Part shown: positions 59,041 to 64,000 of the stretch, piece after piece
How positions within the stretch are numbered: the stretch's first letter is position 1
Layout: each line of letters starts with the position of its first letter
NCBI GenBank assembly: GCA_963740315.1
Contig: CAVUDP010000002.1
Location: 2,464,001 to 2,528,000, forward strand
Origin: an uncultured cyanobacterium
GTDB taxonomy: Bacteria; Cyanobacteriota; Cyanobacteriia; Cyanobacteriales; Nostocaceae
DNA length: 64,000 nt
Direction: 5' to 3'
The notes under the pieces: generated by a model
Database searches by the model: none
What the model was told of the DNA's origin: nothing
What the model saw: only the letters and a program-made list of their open reading frames with translations
Position numbers and translations under genes: made by a program

Positions 59041-59922
59041 ATGAATTTAACGCCAGAGAGTAAAGTAATCATCCAAGGCTTCAGCGAGTTTATCTCAGCA
59101 ACTCATATATCTCAAATGAAGGCATACGGTACAAATCTTGTCGCAGGGGTTAATCCTGGATGCAGTGGAAGTAAACTGTACGATCTGCCGGTGTTTGATT
59201 TGGTAGAAGAAGTCATAGATAAATATGGGATAATCGACACCACAATTATCTGCGTACATCCTTACCAAGTTTTAGATGCAGCATTAGAAGCAATGGGTTC
59301 TGGTATTAGTCAAATTATTATCATCTCTCCTGGAGTACCTCCATTAGACATGGTGAATTTATTTCGCCGCGCCGAAGCAGAAGAAACCATAATTGTCGGA
59401 CCAAATAGCCCTGGGATTATTGTGCCAGGAAAGATTTTGTTAGGCACTCACCCCAGCGAATTTTATACTCCCGGAGAAGTGGGAATAGTTAGTCGCAGCA
59501 CTACCTTAACTTATGAAATTGCTTGGGAATTAACAGAAGCCGGTTTAGGGCAGTCAATTAGTGTAAGCATTGGTAGCGACGGGGTTGTGGGATCTTCCTT
59601 TATCCAATGGCTGCAAATTTTGGATGAAGACGACAACACTCAAGTCATAGTTTTAGTAGGGCAACCGGGCGGGGGGCGTGAAGAAGCCGCAGCAAATTAT
59701 ATATCGGAAATGATTGATAAACCAGTCATTGCTTACATCGCCGGAGTACACGCACCACCAGCAATACATTGGCGACAAACAGGAACATTAGCAGCAGTTA
59801 TAGGACGCGATCCAGATTTTGGCACTGCAAAAAGTAAATTAGAAGCCTTTGAAAAAGCAAACATACCCGTAGCGCAACGCCCTTCTGAGATTGCGAAATT
59901 AGTTAGGAAGGCGCTGAAGTAA
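59041..59922 (+). CDS. sucD: Succinate-CoA ligase alpha subunit-like (phospho-His apparently absent)
   Basis: VIIQG, YGTNLVAGVNPG, GPNSPG, SRSTTLTYE; MGHAG replaced by WRQTG. Confidence 0.85.
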   Translation: MNLTPESKVIIQGFSEFISATHISQMKAYGTNLVAGVNPGCSGSKLYDLPVFDLVEEVIDKYGIIDTTIICVHPYQVLDAALEAMGSGISQIIIISPGVPPLDMVNLFRRAEAEETIIVGPNSPGIIVPGKILLGTHPSEFYTPGEVGIVSRSTTLTYEIAWELTEAGLGQSISVSIGSDGVVGSSFIQWLQILDEDDNTQVIVLVGQPGGGREEAAANYISEMIDKPVIAYIAGVHAPPAIHWRQTGTLAAVIGRDPDFGTAKSKLEAFEKANIPVAQRPSEIAKLVRKALK

Positions 59923-60108
59923 CCATATTTGTTCGTAGTAAGTTCGTAGTAAGGGCATTGGTTCCCTTCCATGCAAGATAACAAACGATCGGATGAAAGA
60001 GTTAAAACTCTTACTACGAACCTTTTTCTATAAAAAATTAGGAGTGAAAATTAAATCTTCACTCCTAAATCGGTAAGTTATCTCGGTTTTATTTCCAAGC
60101 CTTAAACC

Positions 60109-60598
60109 TCAAACTTTTGATTGAGAAAACAACGCTTTAGTTGCCGATTCTCCTGCCGATTTAACTTGCTTGATTAAATACCAGTTTAATAAACCTAGAA
60201 TGGCTATTTGGCAAAGAAAAGCAATAAAAACTGTAGCGACTGTAGAATTGTCAACACTGTACCAGAAACCAATTGTGAATCGCCACAAAATATTTCGCGG
60301 CTGAACGTAGAGAATCTCTAAAATTATTACTGGTAAAATTATTACTGCACTCGTTGTTCCCATTGCCCATAAAGCGCGTTTGGAGTTTTTCAAGATCAAC
60401 ATGATTTGAGCAATGGTCGCGTAGATCGTGTTTAAACTGATAAAAAGTAATAAGAAACTCAAAATCAATAAAATATTTTGGCGAACATATGAGCTTTCAG
60501 TACTTGCTTTCAAAAATAGTACGAGAAAAGCACTTGCAGCAATTAATAGATCGATCGCGATCGCTAAAATAGCTGGACTTTTTTCACCAAATATTAAA
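60109..60598 (-). pseudogene. C-terminal fragment of a cyanobacterial ABC permease
   Basis: Frame reads LIFGEKSPAILAIAIDLL.. to AGESATKAL with no proper start; abuts the truncated ATPase. Confidence 0.65.
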
Positions 60599-61487
60599 AA
60601 GGAATTCCAGCAGTGACAAGAGAACGCAATAAATCGGCTGAGTCTTGTTGTTCTCCGGTAAAATTGATTTTGACGCTATTTTGATTTCCTATTTGATTTC
60701 CTAATACTTCCCACTCTTTGACTAAAGGATTATTTTTCAATTCGCTGTGGAGCGCTTCTTGTTTTCCTAAAGTCGAAATAATTATTTGCTGGGTAGCACA
60801 ACTTTGATAAAGTTCTTGCAGCGAAGTACTTTCGACTAAAAAGCCAAGTTCCATAATTCCCACGGAGGTGCATAGCTCGGCTAAATCGCTCAAAACATGG
60901 GAAGAAATCAAGATTGTCATTCCCGCTTCTTGCAATACTTTGATGATTTCTCGAAACTGCATCCTAGCGATGGGATCGAGTCCGGAAACTGGTTCATCGA
61001 GCAGCAGTATAATCGGTTCGTGAATAATGGTTCGAGCCAAACACAAACGCTGTTTCATCCCCCTTGATAAGGTAGAAATTAAACTATTACGCTTATTTTC
61101 TAATTGGATTAGCTCTAAAACTTCGTGTAACCTTTTGGTACGTTTAGGTTCTCGTAGAAGATATAACCTGGCAAAATAATCCAGGTAATCCCAAACCGTT
61201 AACTCTTTGTAGAGAGGATAATCATCCGGTAAATAGCCTAAACGACGCTTCAAAGTTGGGTTGGTTTTATCCCGACGCAGGCGATCGCCATTTAAATAAA
61301 TTTCCCCCGAAGTTGGTTCTTCTGCTGCTGCTAACATCCGAATTAGCGATGTTTTCCCCGCACCATTAGGTCCTATAAGTCCGTAAACTTCTCCTTCACC
61401 GATTTCTAAATCAACGTTATTTACAGCTATATATTTATCAAACTGTTTGTATAGTCCACTGGTACGAATGGCTAATTCTTTTACCAT
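60594..61487 (-). CDS. ABC transporter ATP-binding protein, probably C-terminally truncated
   Basis: GPNGAGKT, LSRGMKQR, LLDEP; ends at GIPF without the usual LExxFL tail. Confidence 0.85.
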   Translation of the reverse strand: MVKELAIRTSGLYKQFDKYIAVNNVDLEIGEGEVYGLIGPNGAGKTSLIRMLAAAEEPTSGEIYLNGDRLRRDKTNPTLKRRLGYLPDDYPLYKELTVWDYLDYFARLYLLREPKRTKRLHEVLELIQLENKRNSLISTLSRGMKQRLCLARTIIHEPIILLLDEPVSGLDPIARMQFREIIKVLQEAGMTILISSHVLSDLAELCTSVGIMELGFLVESTSLQELYQSCATQQIIISTLGKQEALHSELKNNPLVKEWEVLGNQIGNQNSVKINFTGEQQDSADLLRSLVTAGIPF

Positions 61488-61834
61488 TATTTTTTTAGTG
61501 GGGCTGACGTTTTTGACTAACTTAGCTTTGCTCTACAGCGTTTACCTGAGTAATTTCGGATATTAATACGTATTTGTAATAAAACTTTTTATCAAGTAAA
61601 TATACTTAAGCGAGAGTTCATTTGAGTGAGGTACAGGACATAATAAGCGAGGAGGGAGTAGGGAGTAGGGAGTAGGGAGTATAGGAATGTACTTCATTTA
61701 TTCTCAATTCTCAATTCCCAATTCCCAATTGCCCTTAACTAAAATAAAAAGGGACAATAACCCTCTACCTCTAAGTACCCTTGCCCGGTATGATATAAAA
61801 TCTGCCCAAGTTAAAAAAATCATTTAGAACCACT

Positions 61835-62920
61835 ATGACCCAGAACTACCGCATTACCCTACTTCCTGGCGATGGCATTGGACCCGAAATCATGGCTGTA
61901 GCGGTAGATGTCCTTAAAGTCGTAGGAAAAAAGTTTGATATCCAGTTTGAATTTCAAGAAGCCTTAATTGGCGGTGCTGCGATCGATGCGACAAACGAAC
62001 CTTTACCGGAAGCTACATTAAAAACCTGTAGAGATAGCGATGCAGTTTTACTAGCTGCGATCGGCGGTTATAAATGGGATGAATTATCATCAAACAAGCG
62101 TCCCGAAGCCGGTTTACTAGGATTGCGGGCTGGTTTAGAATTATTTGCGAATTTACGTCCGGCGAAAATTATACCTCAATTAATTGACGCTTCAACTTTG
62201 AAAAAAGAAGTTGTGGAAGGCGTTGATATTATGGTAGTGCGCGAACTAACTGGGGGAATTTATTTTGGTAAACCCAAAGGAGTTTTTGAGACGGAAACCG
62301 GGGAAAAGCGGGGAATAAATACAATGGCTTATACTGAAGCAGAAATCGAACGCATTGGTAAAGTCGCTTTTGAAACAGCCCGCAAACGTGGAGGTAAACT
62401 CTGTTCTGTAGATAAAGCCAATGTTTTAGAAGTGTCTCAACTGTGGCGCACCAAAATTACCAAACTTGCTGAAGAATACCCGGATGTAGAACTATCTCAT
62501 CTTTATGTAGATAATGCCGCCATGCAGCTATTACGCGCTCCCAAGCAGTTTGATACTATCGTTACCGGCAACTTATTCGGCGATATTCTTTCCGATGCCG
62601 CAGCCATGCTTACCGGCAGTATTGGTATGTTACCATCTGCTAGTCTAGGAGCAAATGCACCTGGAGTATTTGAACCAGTCCACGGTTCAGCCCCCGATAT
62701 CGCCGGACTTGATAAAGCCAATCCTTTAGCACAGATTTTGAGTGCAGCGATGATGCTACGCTACGGTTTAAACCAAAGTGATGCAGCAGACTACATAGAA
62801 AGATCGGTGTTTCAAGTTTTACAAAATGATTTCCGCACTGGAGATATAATGTCCGCAGGAATGAATCAAGTGGGTTGTCAAGCTATGGGCAAAGCGCTGA
62901 TTCAAACTTTAGAAAAATAA
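61835..62920 (+). CDS. leuB: 3-isopropylmalate dehydrogenase
   Basis: [38 protein letters not shown]. Confidence 0.97.
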   Translation: MTQNYRITLLPGDGIGPEIMAVAVDVLKVVGKKFDIQFEFQEALIGGAAIDATNEPLPEATLKTCRDSDAVLLAAIGGYKWDELSSNKRPEAGLLGLRAGLELFANLRPAKIIPQLIDASTLKKEVVEGVDIMVVRELTGGIYFGKPKGVFETETGEKRGINTMAYTEAEIERIGKVAFETARKRGGKLCSVDKANVLEVSQLWRTKITKLAEEYPDVELSHLYVDNAAMQLLRAPKQFDTIVTGNLFGDILSDAAAMLTGSIGMLPSASLGANAPGVFEPVHGSAPDIAGLDKANPLAQILSAAMMLRYGLNQSDAADYIERSVFQVLQNDFRTGDIMSAGMNQVGCQAMGKALIQTLEK

Positions 62921-63025
62921 TTAGACAAATAATTACTTTTTTAATTTCCGTCGGAATAATTTAGTCTTCCTATTGGATTTCAGATACAGTTAATTGCAAA
63001 CCTAGTCACAAAACAGAAGTAATAC

Positions 63026-63286
63026 GTGTACGGATTACGACAAGGACAGGAAAACTTTACGAACCCCGTGACGCAATCTCCTTTGATTGACTCTTCTCTC
63101 ATCAGGTCTGCGGGTCAAATATACTACACATACTGCGAAGTGCATCCAGAAATTGTTGGACAAGCTTCAGGAGTAGCAATTAATCGTAGCAATCATCGAG
63201 GAAAAGTAATTTTTACACAGCAACCAGTTCTTTTACCCCAAGAGTGTTTCGTTCCTTTGAATCAAATCGAATCTCATATGTATTAG
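63026..63286 (+). CDS. Small hypothetical protein
   Basis: GVAINR..RGKVIF..PVLLPQECFVP; start uncertain (63026 or 63068). Confidence 0.65.
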   Translation: MYGLRQGQENFTNPVTQSPLIDSSLIRSAGQIYYTYCEVHPEIVGQASGVAINRSNHRGKVIFTQQPVLLPQECFVPLNQIESHMY

Positions 63287-63289
63287 GAG

Positions 63290-63388
63290 TTAGTTGTTAG
63301 TTGTTAGTTGTTAGGAGTTAGTTGTTAGGAGCTAGGAGTTAGAAATTCTACCCCCTCTACCCCCTCTACCCCCTCTTCCCCCTCTTCC
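63290..63388. repeat. STRR-type repeats (GTTAGTT, ACCCCCTCT)
   Basis: Tandem heptamers and nonamers between the small ORF and pilD. Confidence 0.75.
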
Positions 63389-63471
63389 TTGTTTCAATAC
63401 AATCCGGGTAATTACTAATTACGTATTACGAATTAAGAATTACTTTGGACGAATGATTTTGGAATAACTTG

Positions 63472-64000
63472 ATGGATGAGTGGATTATCGTACCGGCGAG
63501 TTTAATCGTTTTCGCCTTGGGTGCATCTATTGGCAGCTTTATTAATGTTGTAGTTTATCGGCTACCTGCGGGTTTGTCGATTCTTTATCCTCCTTCCCGG
63601 TGTCCCCAATGCTTGAACCGGCTAAAAGCTTACGATAACGTTCCGGTGTTGGGTTGGCTGTGGTTGAAGGGGCGATGTCGTTACTGCAAAAATAAAATAT
63701 CTCCTCGTTACCCGATTGTCGAAGCAGCAACGGGGTTAACGTTTGTACTGGTTTTCCTAATATTCAAATTTTCATCGCTGACGATAGGTTATTGGTTGTT
63801 TTGCAGTTGGTTGTTAGCACTATCCATAATTGATATAGACACAATGACACTACCCGGAGAACTAACAAAATCGGGTTTAGTGCTGGGTATTTTGTTTCAA
63901 ATGATATTAGGATTCACCTCAGAATCTTGGTTGGGATTGGTAAATCAAACGATGTTAGCGATCGCATCAGCTGTATTAGGATTATGGTTGTTTGATGCAA
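63472..64000 (+). CDS. pilD: Prepilin peptidase, truncated by the window end
   Basis: Manual translation MDEWIIVP..GASIGSFINVVVYRLP..PPSRCPQC..NVPVLGWLWLKGRCRYC..RYPIVE..IDID. Confidence 0.93.
   Translation, partial: MDEWIIVPASLIVFALGASIGSFINVVVYRLPAGLSILYPPSRCPQCLNRLKAYDNVPVLGWLWLKGRCRYCKNKISPRYPIVEAATGLTFVLVFLIFKFSSLTIGYWLFCSWLLALSIIDIDTMTLPGELTKSGLVLGILFQMILGFTSESWLGLVNQTMLAIASAVLGLWLFDA

Overview
AT-rich cyanobacterial chromosome segment with frequent HIP1 (GCGATCGC) sites, STRR heptamer arrays and ftn2, most consistent with a filamentous Nostocales/Rivulariaceae-type genome. 0.2-4 kb holds a NACHT-WD40 protein. 4-21 kb is a partly decayed heavy-metal island: a Zn/Cd P1B-ATPase with an SmtB/ZiaR repressor, a glutaredoxin-MauE gene behind a MerR-type promoter, and an RppA/B (CopR/S-like) two-component system. 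Six TTTCAT-N5-TTTCAT boxes link that system to mostly uncharacterised genes. The main one is a secreted 483-aa protein with four HxxH motifs and a Met-rich tail, followed by a putative outer-membrane beta-barrel. The island also has Csp3-like, DUF305, DUF411 and rhodanese remnants. 21-35 kb is accessory DNA: an IS200/IS605-like structured non-coding element, a sigma-like/DUF1822 pair, Uma2, an HTH-NB-ARC-WD40 protein and an orphan antitoxin. 35-42 kb is core (fbaA, tRNA-Lys, pdhA, ftn2). In 45.5-54.7 kb a TetR, an RND pump and two Coq4-like genes share the same tandem operator/promoter design. 57-64 kb holds a SucCD pair lacking canonical catalytic residues, a deleted ABC transporter, leuB and pilD. 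All calls come from reading the sequence; no searches were run.
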